A stretch of 63,697 nt of DNA, filler included, from Octopus bimaculoides (GCF_001194135.2; 8 parts of 8 records of this genome joined end to end with filler, not necessarily neighbours in it), one strand, 5' to 3'; shown: positions 22,828-35,538, counted from the whole stretch's first letter. The notes: generated from the letters alone by a model not told the origin. Made by a program: numbers and translations.

Positions 22828-23599
22828 GCACGTACACACACACACATACACGCACACACAAAGAAACATGNNNNNNNNNNCACACACACACACACAAGCA
22901 CGTACACACACACACATACACGCACACACAAAGAAACATGCTTACAAATTCATAATTGGTGATAAATTTAGACTTATGATCACACTTACACAAAACGCAT
23001 ACACACACAGACATTCATACACACTGGCTCATATGTACATACACATAGCTTCACACACCTAGACATACAACCTTCTACATGTCTGCAAACTGTCAATAGC
23101 GCCCCAGTACATATACACAGACAGCGGAATAAACATTTATTTAAGTACGCATTACATCTCTACAAACAGATTTACTGAATTCCAAACGTACAAAAAGAAG
23201 AAAACCTCTTGCAAACGCATACGGATTTACGCACGCACACGCACGCACATACACACACGTGCACACACACACACACACACAACGCGTACACAGACTCACA
23301 TACACACACATTCACTCACATATTTATACAAACGCACCTTAAAACATACAAAAACACGGTGTACGTGTATGTAATATGTATGTAATATGTATGTAATATG
23401 TATGTAATATGTATATATATGTGTGTGTGTGTTTGTATGTATACGTATACGTATATGTGTGTAGGGGCTGTATGTATATTATGTGTATACAAACATACAT
23501 ACATACATGCATACATACATACATGCATACATACATACATACATACATACATACATACATACATACATACATTTAAACGATGGATTGGAAAAATCATTA

Positions 23600-23735
23600 G
23601 AGCGTCACACAAAATACCTTGCAACATTTGCTCCATCCCTTTACGTCAAGAGTTCAAATACCGCCAGGGTCAAATTTGCCTTCCATCCTTCCGGGATAGA
23701 CAAAATAAAGTTCCAGTCCAGAATGCTGGGTAGGA
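23600..23735 (+). mobile_element. SINE family A, highly diverged
   Basis: GAGTTCAAATACCGCCAGGGTCAAATTTGCCTTCCATCCTTCCGGG. Confidence 0.6.
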
Positions 23736-23891
23736 CAAAATTCCTTGCGATACTCGTTCCGACTGTTTGACTCTGATTTTGCCTATGATATCACTAATGA
23801 CATAATGCAGATGGCCTTTGAACCGAATCGTATAGAGAAGTGAGACGCTGCATAACCAGCTGTTGATCTTAAAAAAATAATGATAAATAAA

Positions 23892-24385
23892 AGGTGGTTG
23901 TGTGGTAAGACGCTTGCTTTCTAATCACTTGGTTCTGGGATCAGTCCCAACGCATGGCACCTTGGGCAAGTGTCCTCTACTTTAGCCTCGGGTCGGCCAA
24001 AGCCTTGTGAGTGGATTTGGTAAACGGAAACTGAAAGAAGCCAGTCGTGTATGAATGTGTGTGTGTGTGTGTGCCTGTGTTTGTCTCCCACCACCGCTTG
24101 ACAACAGAAGCCCGTCGTATATATATATATATACATATGTCTGTGTGTGAATATGTGTGTGTGTGCGCGCGCGTGTGTGTTTCTATATTTGTCCCCCACC
24201 ACCGCTTAACAACTGGTGTTGATATGTTTACATCCTCGTTATTAGCGGTTCGGCAAAACAGGCCGACAAAATAAGTACCAGGATCCATAAGTACTGGGAT
24301 CCATTTATTGCACAAAAAATCTTTCAAAGCGGTACCCCAGCATGGCCACAGTCTAATGACTGAAATAAGTAAAAGATAAAAGAAA
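23892..24385 (+). mobile_element. Composite SINE B+C with a duplicated linker region
   Basis: Head GGTTGTGTGGTAAG…; GAAGCC(A/C)GTCGT and TTTGTC.CCCACCACCGCTT each occur twice; tail CCAGCATGGCCACAGTCTAATGACTGAAATAAGTAAAAGATAAAAG. Confidence 0.85.
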
Positions 24386-25840
24386 GAAGATAGATAAAAA
24401 TCTTAGGACACCCAAGAATGAAACATCCCATTCTTCAAGAAGACTTTCAGGTTTGGGGTTATAGGGGGTTTCCAAAGTTCTTTGGTCTAGTAGTGCTACA
24501 TAGACACTTTAAAAGTTCGGGGTAAACTTTTCAAGAATGGATGTATTAAAGACGCCAGCAGCCGAATCTGTCCGAGATGAGCCGTCGATAACAAAGCTAT
24601 CCGGCACGTACTCGTTTAGTGTCTATGTATTTTTTATATATGGTTTTATGTCGTACAGCGGTTATCATTTTCAGGGTGGATCCAGATGTTAGTCAGGTCT
24701 GAGTCTACCGTGAAGATCTAATTTCCATCTCTTTTTGGAAGAAGAGACGATTCGTCTTCTTTAACTGGTAACTATGGTGAATGAAAGTTGTGTAGTAGAT
24801 GGTAGGACACGATTTTAAAATTTTGGAACAGTGCTTTTCCTTTCTGGTCAAGACCTCATCTTCATCAAGTGTTACTGAGGATGAAGCTAAAGGCAGAGAG
24901 TGATCCTATCCTCCAATAACTGAAAGGGACGAAACCGCGTGACTAAATGAGTCTGTTTAAACTATCAGGCCCTCAGATTGGCGACAAGAACTCGAAAAGG
25001 ACACTTGCCTTCGGTGTAATTGGTGTTTGTGTGCTGGTTTCCCTGGATTATTCTGTGCTTTCCTCTCAAAATAATTTTGAGGCTTTTTTCTTGTTATTTT
25101 GTGGTATTATTATTATTGCTATTTATCATTCCCTATTTATTAATGCACCATTATTGTTATTGTTGACCTCTCCCCACTTCTCTCTCTCTCTCTCTCTCTC
25201 TCTTAGTCGATTTAAATGCTCCTGTTTCTTACTGGTTGTGTCGTTTGCTTCTGTATTTCTTTTTTGTAGTTTCCAGCGTCTTGGGCCTTTGTGGCCTATA
25301 AAACAATAATCATTATTATCATCGAGATCCTATGGAGAAAATTGTTGTTGGGTGAACAAAATTGAAAAAACTGAGAATAGAAAATTTCCCCTTCGGTTAA
25401 GTCTTCACTGATTTCTTCAAATACCACCATTTCAAGAAGAAGTAAAATTGCTGAAAGGTGCGTATGAGTAGTGAATACGTTCCAAGTGATTGGACATGTT
25501 TGGAAAATGTCTGTAGGCCACAGAACATAACTGGGAGTGGGAACTTTCCCATGACATCCGAAACCTATGAGGGTTTCTTGATTATCCTCAAATGGCTGTT
25601 TCTGTTAGGGTGTTTCATTTCATATCCTTTCACTCTGTTGTTTTTCATGTCTGTTTTTTTTTTTTCCCATAATCGATTCTCTATCAACCCCTAGCACCAA
25701 CACCGTTTTCATCGTATACCCTTTATAATATCCCCTTGCACGGTTGCTTTTGTGACAAATAAAAAAACGATTATCGTCATCATCAAAATCATCTTTGCCA
25801 TCATCAGCTTCATCTCTCTCCATCATTATCATCCTCCTCC

Positions 25841-25874
<34 letters not shown>

Positions 25875-26247
25875 TATCAACATCATGATTATCACCAACA
25901 CTAGTATCAACACCACTACCACCACCACCACAATCCTCTTTGTCGTCGTCGTCGTTATCATCACTATTGTCATGATTATGTACAAATAACATGAAAAACT
26001 AGAGGATACTAAACAGATAATGATATCAGTGTACACATTTACTTAAGTTGTCTTTCATCGTCTGCTGGTCGCCAGGATAGATGTGTGTGTGTGTGTGTGT
26101 ATGCGCGTGGGTGGGTGAGTATGCGTGAGTGTGTCTGTCCGAGCGTGTCTATAAGTATGTGTGTGTATATGTATGTGTAATGTGTGTAATTTGTGTCTTG
26201 ATGGATGGATGTGAAAGAGAAAGAGTTCATCCCTCACTTGCTCTCCT

Positions 26248-26303
<56 letters not shown>

Positions 26304-26352
26304 NNNNNNNNNNNNNNNNNNNNNNNNNNNNNNNNNNNNNNNNNNNNNNNNN

Positions 26353-26396
<44 letters not shown>

Positions 26397-26741
26397 AACT
26401 CTTCGACCTGCTGTTATTCATGAATATTCTATATCAGCGAGTAGAAAAGAGGGTGAGACTGGAAATGATTGAGTAAATAAGCAATCAAATAACACCACCA
26501 ACCAGAACAACAAGAACAATAACGCAAACACAGCCACAAATAACAACAGCGACAGCACGAACAACGAACACTAACATCACCACACTGCTACCCACCTCCA
26601 CCACTAATAACAACAACAACAACAACAGACAGACAGCACTGACGATCTAATAAGTAGGCCTCTCTCTCTACATGGTCGTTTGACCCAGCTAAAAATAGCA
26701 GCAAATTTATCCCTCATATCACACACCTACTACCTCTTATC

Positions 26742-26773
<32 letters not shown>

Positions 26774-26816
26774 TAATAATAACAACAACAACAACAACTA
26801 CAATAATAATAATAAC

Positions 26817-26861
<45 letters not shown>

Positions 26862-26862
<1 letters not shown>

Positions 26863-27076
26863 GTTTCAAATTTTGCCACAAGGGCAGCAATTTTTGTGGG
26901 GTGGGAATGAGTCGATTACATCGACCCCACTGTTTAACTGGTACTTATTTTATTGACTCCGTAAGGATGAAAGGCAAAGTTGATCTTGGCAGAATTTGAA
27001 CTCAGAACGTACCAACGGGCGAAATACCGCTAAGCGTTTTGTCCAGCGGGCTAACGATTCTGCTAGCTCGCCGCCT
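26862..27076 (-). mobile_element. SINE family A, tail type 1, flanked by (AAT)n
   Basis: GGTTTCAAATTTTGCCACAAGG…CTAGCTCGCCGCCTT. Confidence 0.9.
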
Positions 27077-27094
27077 TAATAATAATAATAATAG

Positions 27095-27785
27095 CAATTC
27101 AACAAGTAACTGCAGAATATGTGGTGATGGAGAAGAAACAATAAATTATACTATCTCTGGGTACCCAATCCTAGCTAAAAAGGAATATATTCACAGACAC
27201 GACAGAGTTGGGACATATATACACTGGAAGCTATGCTAACACTACGGAATAATAACAGGAAAAAGATGGTATAGGCACACACCAGAAAAGGTAACAGAAA
27301 ATGACAAAGCAACCATACTCTGGAAAATGCCAATACACACAGAGAAATCAAAGCTAATTGACCGGATACAGTTGTCAAAGATCACTAATAAAAAAAAATG
27401 CTTTCTAATCGATGTATCAACATCAACAGTGTATCTCTAAAAGCAACGAAAACACTCTCACAATACAAAGATCTGGAAATAGAGGTAACTTGAAAGTGGA
27501 GCCTAAAAACAAAAATAATTCCTATCATTGTAGGGTGCATTGGATATGATATAAAAAAAACACATTCAGACAAATACACAACACAAACTCTAGGATTTAC
27601 AAGTATATATAACATACAGAAACTAGTACTACTATGCACCGCACACATCCTACGTAAAACACTTTCAATACAGTGAAGATAAGAGCACCTCAACAAACCA
27701 CAGCATATACTCAAGGCACACGAAGCTGCGCTCGGTAGTGCAGTGAAAGCGCGTTATAAAAATAAGACTACTGAATAATAATAAT
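27095..27785 (+). mobile_element. R4/Dong-clade non-LTR retrotransposon 3' end (CCHC finger plus restriction-like endonuclease)
   Basis: CRICGDGEETINYTISG…EYIHRHDRVGTYIHWKLC…WYRHTPEKVTENDKATILW…PDTVVKD…CFLIDVS…YKDLEIEV…IIPIIVG…HILRKTLSIQ-stop; 3' UTR ends in (AAT)n. Confidence 0.9.
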
Positions 27786-28228
27786 ATGTTTTTCTACTCT
27801 AGGCACAACGCCTGAAATTTGGCGGGGGACTAGTCATTTACATCGAAAAGGTTGTATTCGAAAACCAAAAGATGCTTTTTAGCTGAGATGTAATTTTATA
27901 ATTTAAACAAATTCAAAATTTAATTTTGGAACATAAAATTGACCATGTTATCTGATGTATGGTCGAATTCAAATGGGTAGAAGACTTAAAACAAATGTGT
28001 GTGTGGGGCCCTTAATAGCCAGGGGTCAATTTCAGTTCAGTCTCAAAAAGGAATTCAAATACCCATCAGCCATTCAGTTTCATGCCGTGTCATATCTCTC
28101 TCTCTCTCTCTCTCTCTCTCGCTCTCTCNNNNNNNNNNNNNNNNNNNNNNNNNNNNNNNNNNNNNNNNNNNNTTAATTAATTAANNNNNNNNNNNNNNNN
28201 NNNNNNNNNNNNNNNNNNNNNNNNNNNN

Positions 28229-28579
28229 GTAAAACGATGTTGTACGTATGGCGAGACTGGGAAGGGATTATCCATACATCCGCCGTACCTTCTGATTTGG
28301 CACCAACAGATTTCTACCTCTTTCATTCTCTTTCAAATACTATACGCGGAGTTTCGCTCAATACTGATGTAGAATTGAGAGCTTGGTTGGATAAATTTTT
28401 CGAGTCGAAATCGGTTGATTTCTACCAATGTGGTATTGAAAATCTTGTTGAACGTTGGGAAGAAGTTGTAAACAATAAGGGTGAATGCATCATTGATTAA
28501 TTAGTTGTTATTTTTTTTATTAAACCTTTTAAAAAAATTAAATTTAAAAAAAAGGCAGGCACTTAGTTGCCACCTCAAT
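28229..28579 (+). mobile_element. Mariner (DD34D) deletion derivative, 3' half
   Basis: MLYVWRDWEGII joined to PSDLAPTDFYLFHSLSN…ERWEEVVNNKGECIID-stop; TIR CACTTAGTTGCCACCTCAATA (compare mellifera-type TTGGGTTGGCAACTAAGT). Confidence 0.9.
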
Positions 28580-28789
28580 ATATATATATTTCAAATCTAT
28601 TCGTAGCTGTTTCATTGTCAAAGCTGTGTATAGTTGTTAGAGGAACGAATAACGGTTTCAAGTCGATAAAATTGGAAGCATTAGTTTTTTTACCTCTCGT
28701 TCTAAAAGCAGAATATTTTAAGTTTCATTTTCATTTTTATTTTCTTCTCTTCCTTACCTTATTCAGGTTAAAATATACTTTCTGACTGC

Positions 28790-29254
28790 TGTAATCCATA
28801 ACGTGCATTCTGCATGTTTGTGAAACAACAGCACTGAGACTAGTGGAGAAATTTAAGTATTTCGGGCCTACATCCACGAGTGATGGAATGTAGGATGCTG
28901 AATTAGGTGCTAGAATTGTAGGTGTTGGCACAGTAATGCGCCTGTTCGAACATTCCATCCTCAAAAAGAAGAGTTTGTTAAAAAAATATCCAAACTCGCT
29001 ATCTTCCATTAGGTTTTTGTGCTATCCTCATCTATAGTCACAAATATTGGGTAATGACCAAAAAAGTACGATCGCGAATAAAAGCGGCCGAAATAGGGTT
29101 CCTCCGAAAGAGTTCTGGAATATTACTCGACAGGGTAGCTCAGGGTGTCTATCCAAGGTGAGCCGCTACTTCTCCGCATTGAGAAGTCACAGCTCCGGTA
29201 CTATGGACATGTAATCAGAATGTCGCAGGGAAGAATGGCAAAACAGATTCTTAA
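28790..29254 (+). mobile_element. RTE-clade LINE, RT C-terminal region, 5' piece
   Basis: VEKFKYFG..TSDG…MTKKVRSRIKAAEIGFLRK…PLLLRIEKSQLRYYGHVIRMSQGRMAKQIL. Confidence 0.85.
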
Positions 29255-29842
29255 CCCATCGTAAAAGTTATGTAACTTTTACATTTTTTTATTAAAATGA
29301 TTTTATATATCATGACTTTTATTGTCAATAGTTTATGTATGCCCATACAAATTTTGAGTTAAAACTTTCCAGTCATATGGATGTTATAGCATAAAATATG
29401 GTCATTTGGGGTCCACCTGGATCACATTGGCCTTCTGCGAAGTTATATTTTTCTGTTCATTTTTCAGATAATCTGATGAATTGCAAGTCAATTTTCTTCT
29501 TATATGTACTGGTATGAATCGATATACTAAATAACTTTGCTTTATTTTATATTTAATGCTATATGTATAGTTTATAAAACTATAAAAAACAGTTGATTTC
29601 TTTCAATAAAGGTTTTTTTCAGTCAATAAATTATATTTTAATTCCCCCTCCATTAAACGCTAATAATTGCAAATATATACCTATAAGGTGCTAAATTTCT
29701 TGTTCTCTATCATGCACCCACACATATATACAAGATTAAACAAATATTACTTTGCGGAAATGCGCAAAAATAAAAAAGGGGGGGTTCCCTCGAAACCCCA
29801 ATGGCTTTTTGTGCAAGCCCAACCCCACCGGTCCACGACAGG
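29255..29842. mobile_element. TTAA-flanked piggyBac-type non-autonomous element
   Basis: TTAA|CCCATCGT … ACGACAGG|TTAA (reverse complement TTAA CCTGTCGT); AT-rich non-coding interior. Confidence 0.75.
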
Positions 29843-30010
29843 TTAAAGCCGAGCTAATTAGCAAGATATCTAGGAATAGACTAAGAACAAATGGTTAAAT
29901 AATAACCATAGTTTCAGTTGGTCACGCTTGGAAATTCAGCCGGAAAGTCTAATGACTGTTGTTGGCAGCGAAAATGCATGTGGGGATGTATGGTAATTCA
30001 TAATTTACCT
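29843..30010 (+). mobile_element. RTE-clade LINE, 3' piece
   Basis: Continues KQIL-KAELISKISRNRLRT… and SWSRLEIQPESL (compare AWERLGIPPEEL). Confidence 0.7.
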
Positions 30011-30258
30011 ACGTAGCGATGGTACTATTTTATCACTACTTGTTTGCTAAAAAATATATCTATTCATACTAGTTGTTGATCTCCTCCGACATCTTCAATG
30101 TTTAGTTTTACCAACTATACATCTTAACGGAAACGGAAATAGTTTACTTTTTCAAAACACCATTCTGTAAAGATTTAGAAGATTAAAGGAAATGTCTGAC
30201 GCCTGTCTCAAGGACAAGAAGTTATGGGTAACCACGATAGAGAATCTCAAGTACGTAT

Positions 30259-30325
<67 letters not shown>

Positions 30326-31072
30326 CTGTGTACACACACATTCACACATACACATGCACATAAATATACATATACACTCACTTATATATGTTTGAGAGCG
30401 CACGCACTTCGCTGTGGGTGTTTTGAATAGAACTGCCAAGAAATGCTGACAGACCACTCCCTAAACTTTCACTTGATTTAAATTGATGAGAGTCACACTG
30501 AAGCTAGATTTGTTACCCACATTCTCTGTGGGGCATCACAAGAGATGGTGGGCGGTGGGTGGCCGTGGATAGATCTTACTGAGACTGCGCAAGTTTGAGC
30601 TTTTCCGACAACTCCACCGACAGCAAGGCCAGTCCATTTGCCAAAATCTTAAATACTGCATTCAGAAGCCGTTATGTGTTAAACGTTTTCTGTTACGTTC
30701 ATATATATTACAATGCAACTTAGTCATTCGATTAACAGTGATTAATAAAATAATTATCGAACTGAAATAAGTATTAAAGTAGATATGATCGATGAAAACC
30801 TTTATGGTATTGCTCCAGCATGCCCGTTGTCGAATGAGTGAAATCTGTAAAACAACAGAATTCATACATGTAATATGGGGGTTTAGTTCGCTGGTGATCC
30901 AATGGAATAGGTACGTTGGGTAAGTGGTGTAACGGATTATCAGGGTTCATGTTTAGATCTTTCATATGTTCTCTACTTGTCTCTGATGATGGAATACCCC
31001 ATATACAGGTATACTCGCCTATCACTTAAGATATTCCAGAAACAGCTGTAAGACCTCAACTAATTACTATGT

Positions 31073-31290
31073 AAGATGGCAAGCTAGCAGGATCGTTAGC
31101 ATGCCGGACAAAATGCTTAATGACATTTCGTCCGTCTTTATGTTCTGAGTTCAAAATCCGCTGAGGTCGACTTTACCATCCATCCTTTCGCAGTCGATAA
31201 AATAAATACCAGTAGAACACTGGGGTCAATGTAATCGACTTAGCCCCTCCCCCAAAATTACTGGCTTCGGGCCAGAATTTGATATCAATA
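31073..31290 (+). mobile_element. SINE family A, paralogue of 35539-35757
   Basis: Full length; shares private substitutions and both flanks with the 35.5-kb copy. Confidence 0.9.
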
Positions 31291-31628
31291 TTACTATTAT
31301 TTCAATAACTATTATGTCTTTTCTAGAAATATATCTTGGACAACATTTTCAACGTATCCTTATCTTGTTTAAAACGGTAGGGTGCGATATAAAGAAATTT
31401 AGATCATTATTTGTTGCAGATTGAGTTACCAGGTAGCGACCCCTTCGTTGGTTTCTGTGTGTGAGTGTGTCTATGTGTGTTTACATAGATTAGAAGGCTT
31501 GTGGTAGTGACGGGGTGGAAGCTTGGGTGTGCCGATGGAAGTTCGTTTAAGTGGTAGAGATGGTTGAAATTAAAGAATATGAGAGATGTAGTAAGAGAAA
31601 CTGAGATAGAGAGAAAGTGAGAAGCAGT

Positions 31629-31659
<31 letters not shown>

Positions 31660-31861
31660 TATAACAATAAATAAATAAATAAATAAATAAAATGAAAAGA
31701 GAAGTGTGCAAACAAATGTTTTGAAATATGTGAATAGAGAGAAAGATAATTTCTGTCATTGGTACAAGACCACAAAATTTGGAAGAAGAACAGAAACAAT
31801 TATATTGGCACCAGTTCTAGATTGGTACATTATTTTATTGATACCCGAAGTATAAAAGTGA

Positions 31862-32020
31862 ACGTGCGTGGTCTAGGGATTAAGATATTGTACTCACCTT
31901 AAGAATGTGGTTTCGATCCCCGGACGGACAGCGCCTTGTGTTCTTGAGCAAAACACTTCATTCCACGTTGCTTCAGACCACTCAGCTGTAAATGAGTTAC
32001 ACTACGACTGACTGGCATCC
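31862..32020 (+). mobile_element. tRNA-derived SINE head and body (family D-related)
   Basis: GTGGTCTAGGG…GGTTTCGATCCC…GTGTTCTTGAGCAAAACACTT…CCACTCAGCTGTAAATGAGT. Confidence 0.7.
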
Positions 32021-32149
32021 TAACCAGGGATGCTGTTGTAATGTCAGTCACTTATACATCATGGGAATCGGGTGACCGGATGTATGAATCCTAGGCCTCA
32101 GGACATCAATATCCAGAGGATGCTGCTGTTATTACTGATGATGATGATG

Positions 32150-32950
32150 ATGAAAAATAAAGCTGACATCGACAAGATTTGAACTCACAACGTAAATGAC
32201 AGTAACTAAGTAGCTATTTCAAGCTTTGGCACAAGACCAGCAATTTTTGGGGAGGGGTAAGTCGATTACATCGAGCGCAGTACTCAACTGGTACTCATTT
32301 TATCGACCTCCGAAAGAATGAAAGGCAAAATTGACCTCGGCCGAATCTGAACTCAAAATGTAAAGACGGACGAAACGCCACTAAGTACTTTGCTTAGCGT
32401 GCTAACGATTCTGCCAGCTCGCCGCTGTAAATCGCAACTTAATATCCTTTCTACTATAGGCACAAGACTTGGAATTTTTGGGTAGGGAGCTAGTCGATTA
32501 TATCAACCCTAGCGCTCCACTGGTACTCGTTCTATCGACTCCGAAAGGATAAAAGGCAAAGTCGACCTCGGCGAAATACGAACTCAGAACGTAAAGACGG
32601 ACAGAAAACCGCTAAACAATTTTTGCCGAGCGTGCCAGCGATTCTGCTTGCTCGCCGCCTTAATCGCAACTAAACAACCTTTTGTAGTATAGGCACAAGG
32701 CCTGAAATCTTGGGGGAGGGGGATAGTCGATTGCATCGACCCCGGTACACAACTGGTACTTAATTTATCGACCTCGGAAGGATGAAACGCAAAGTCGACC
32801 ATTGACGGAATTTGAACTCAGAACGTAGCGACAGACGAAATACCGCTAAGCATTTCGCCCGACGTGTTAAGGATTCTGCCAGCTCACCGCCGTAATCGTA
32901 ACTAAATAACGCTAAGTATTTTGTCTAGTGCTCGAACTCATCTGCCAATC
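32150..32950 (-). mobile_element. Head-to-tail stack of SINE family A copies (three full, two partial)
   Basis: Full copies at about 32226-32425, 32452-32660 and 32688-32892, separated by a shared ~15-bp motif; period about 232 bp. Confidence 0.9.
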
Positions 32951-32964
32951 AACTGCCTATAGAG

Positions 32965-33115
32965 ATGGATTGACAGAATCGTTAGACGTCGGTGAAAAAA
33001 CAAACAAAAAAAAAAACGTCGCAGTATTTGTTCCGGCTCTTCACGTTCTAGGTTCAAATATCCCCGAGGTCAACTTTGCCTTTCATTCTTTCGTGCACAA
33101 TAAGTATCAGTCTAG
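32965..33115 (+). mobile_element. SINE family A, diverged, opposite orientation to the stack
   Basis: TTGACAGAATCGTTAGAC…GGTTCAAATATCCCCGAGGTCAACTTTGCCTTTCAT. Confidence 0.75.
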
Positions 33116-33732
33116 CATTCGGATCGATATNNNNNNNNNNNNNNNNNNNNNNNNNNNNNNNNNNNNNNNNNNNNNNNNNNNNNNNNNNNNNNNNNNNNNN
33201 NNNNNNNNNNNNNNNNNNNNNNNNNNNNNNNNNNNNNNNNNNNNNNNNNNNNNNNNNNNNNNNNNNNNNNNNNNNNNNNNNNNNNNNNNNNNNNNNNNNN
33301 NNNNNNNNNNNNNNNNNNNNNNNNNNNNNNNNNNNNNNNNNNNNNNNNNNNNNNNNNNNNNNNNNNNNNNNNNNNNNNNNNNNNNNNNNNNNNNNNNNNN
33401 NNNNNNNNNNNNNNNNNNNNNNNNNNNNNNNNNNNNNNNNNNNNNNNNNNNNNNNNNNNNNNNNNNNNNNNNNNNNNNNNNNNNNNNNNNNNNNNNNNNN
33501 NNNNNNNNNNNNNNNNNNNNNNNNNNNNNNNNNNNNNNNNNNNNNNNNNNNNNNNNNNNNNNNNNNNNNNNNNNNNNNNNNNNNNNNNNNNNNNNNNNNN
33601 NNNNNNNNNNNNNNNNNNNNNNNNNNNNNNNNNNNNNNNNNNNNNNNNNNNNNNNNNNNNNNNNNNNNNNNNNNNNNNNNNNNNNNNNNNNNNNNNNNNN
33701 NNNNNNNNNNNNNNNNNNNNNNNNNNNNNNNN

Positions 33733-33761
<29 letters not shown>

Positions 33762-33763
<2 letters not shown>

Positions 33764-33918
33764 GACTGGCTTCTTCCAGTTTCCCTCTACCAAATCCACT
33801 CAGAAGAATTTGGTCGGCGCGAGGCTACAGTAGAAGACATTTGCTCAAGGTGTCACGCAGGGGGATTGAACTCGGAATCATGTAGTTGGGAAGCAAGGTT
33901 CTTACCATACAGCCACAC
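33762..33918 (-). mobile_element. Composite SINE head module B (module C probably in the gap)
   Basis: TACGACTGGCTTCTTCCAGTTTCC…TTACCATACAGCCA, preceded by (TA)n and Ns. Confidence 0.85.
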
Positions 33919-34186
33919 TTGCATGTATGTATGTATACATACACATACATATAAACATATATACACACATACGTAACGTATGTGTGTGTGTGTGTGCGTG
34001 TGTGTATGTAGTTATTAAAGAGAAGTAACTAAAGAGACATGACAGAAAGAGAGAGATACAATATATAGAGAGACACACACACAATATATTGTTAGATAGA
34101 GAGATAAAAGCCAAGAAAAACATAGCTGTGAGAGGAAAATATGAGTGAGTGAGAGCGACCTGATACGAATAGAGAAACCATAGAGT

Positions 34187-34222
<36 letters not shown>

Positions 34223-35009
34223 AAGATAGAGAAAGAGAGAAAGGGATAGAAAAAGAACGAGTGAGCGAGTGAGCAAGCGAGAGAGATGGAGGGAGAAAGA
34301 GAAAGAGACAGAAAGAGACAGACAGACAGATAGAGACAGAGAGAAGCAAAGAGAGAGNNNNNNNNNNNNNNNNNNNNNNNNNNNNNNNNNNNNNNNNNNN
34401 NNNNNNNNNNNNNNNNNNNNNNNNNNNNNNNNNNNNNNNNNNNNNNNNNNNNNNNNNNNNNNNNNNNNNNNNNNNNNNNNNNNNNNNNNNNNNNNNNNNN
34501 NNNNNNNNNNNNNNNNNNNNNNNNNNNNNNNNNNNNNNNNNNNNNNNNNNNNNNNNNNNNNNNNNNNNNNNNNNNNNNNNNNNNNNNNNNNNNNNNNNNN
34601 NNNNNNNNNNNNNNNNNNNNNNNNNNNNNNNNNNNNNNNNNNNNNNNNNNNNNNNNNNNNNNNNNNNNNNNNNNNNNNNNNNNNNNNNNNNNNNNNNNNN
34701 NNNNNNNNNNNNNNNNNNNNNNNNNNNNNNNNNNNNNNNNNNNNNNNNNNNNNNNNNNNNNNNNNNNNNNNNNNNNNNNNNNNNNNNNNNNNNNNNNNNN
34801 NNNNNNNNNNNNNNNNNNNNNNNNNNNNNNNNNNNNNNNNNNNNNNNNNNNNNNNNNNNNNNNNNNNNNNNNNNNNNNNNNNNNNNNNNNTCACAAGAAC
34901 CACCTTTCACTGCTACCACCACCACTGTGTGGTACGTTGCACAACAGCCAAAGCTAACACTCCCACCATTACCAAGTAAGGCGACGAACGAGCCGAGAGG
35001 AGAGTCACT

Positions 35010-35365
35010 TGTATGGACACCAAGCCTGCTAGAAATAGCAGTCAATATCTCTACTGAATGGGTTCCCCGTATATAGGAAAAGTAACGGATAAATCACGAC
35101 TGGAATCCATCTGATCATTGGACTGCTCAAGCAGGGCCGACCTGGGGCTAAAAAAACAGCATTACCATCTCAGGAAACTAGCTAACGGTGTGAGTCTCTA
35201 CGCAGATGCGAGCCTTGCTAGAGATAGCAGCTTAATCTCAAACCACGTTTTACCATCTTAAAGAAAAAGAAGACTCGTTAGACAATGTAATATGATCAGT
35301 CGGGATGGTCATGGTAGGAGGGCATTTGATTATAGATCTGCTTGATGTGAGGGCTAAACAGCGAC
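35010..35365 (+). mobile_element. Two adjacent SINE-like family E pieces
   Basis: GCTAGAAATAGCAGTC…GACCTGGGGCTAAA and GCTAGAGATAGCAGC…GGGCTAAACAGC. Confidence 0.6.
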
Positions 35366-35385
35366 CATTAATAATGGTTTCAAAT

Positions 35386-35507
35386 TTTGGCACAAGGCCA
35401 GCAATTTCGGGAGAAGGGATAAGTGAATTACATCACACCCAAGTGCTCAACTGGTACTTATTTTATCGACTCTGGAAGGATGAAAGGTAAAGTCCACCCC
35501 AGCGGAA
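35386..35507 (-). mobile_element. SINE family A 3' half, tail type 1
   Basis: GGTTTCAAATTTTGGCACAAGGCCAGCAATTTCGG…AAAGTCCACCCCAGCGGAAT. Confidence 0.85.
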
Positions 35508-35538
35508 TACAACGACCATTAATATTGCTATTACTATG

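Noticed and set aside
22813-22940. Exact ~58-bp direct repeat either side of a 10-N gap
   Set aside because: Typical unmerged contig overlap (assembly artefact) rather than a biological duplication
24400-24930. Minus-strand IDGSSRTDSAAGVF (RNase H-like) and a loose CTGAGGA…GCAGA motif
   Set aside because: Single short motifs with no collinear support; probably a decayed TE, but I cannot assign it
32198-32908. Regularly spaced short repeats reminiscent of a CRISPR array
   Set aside because: The spacers are ~215-bp homologous SINE copies, the repeats are degenerate 15-mers, the DNA is eukaryotic and there are no cas genes
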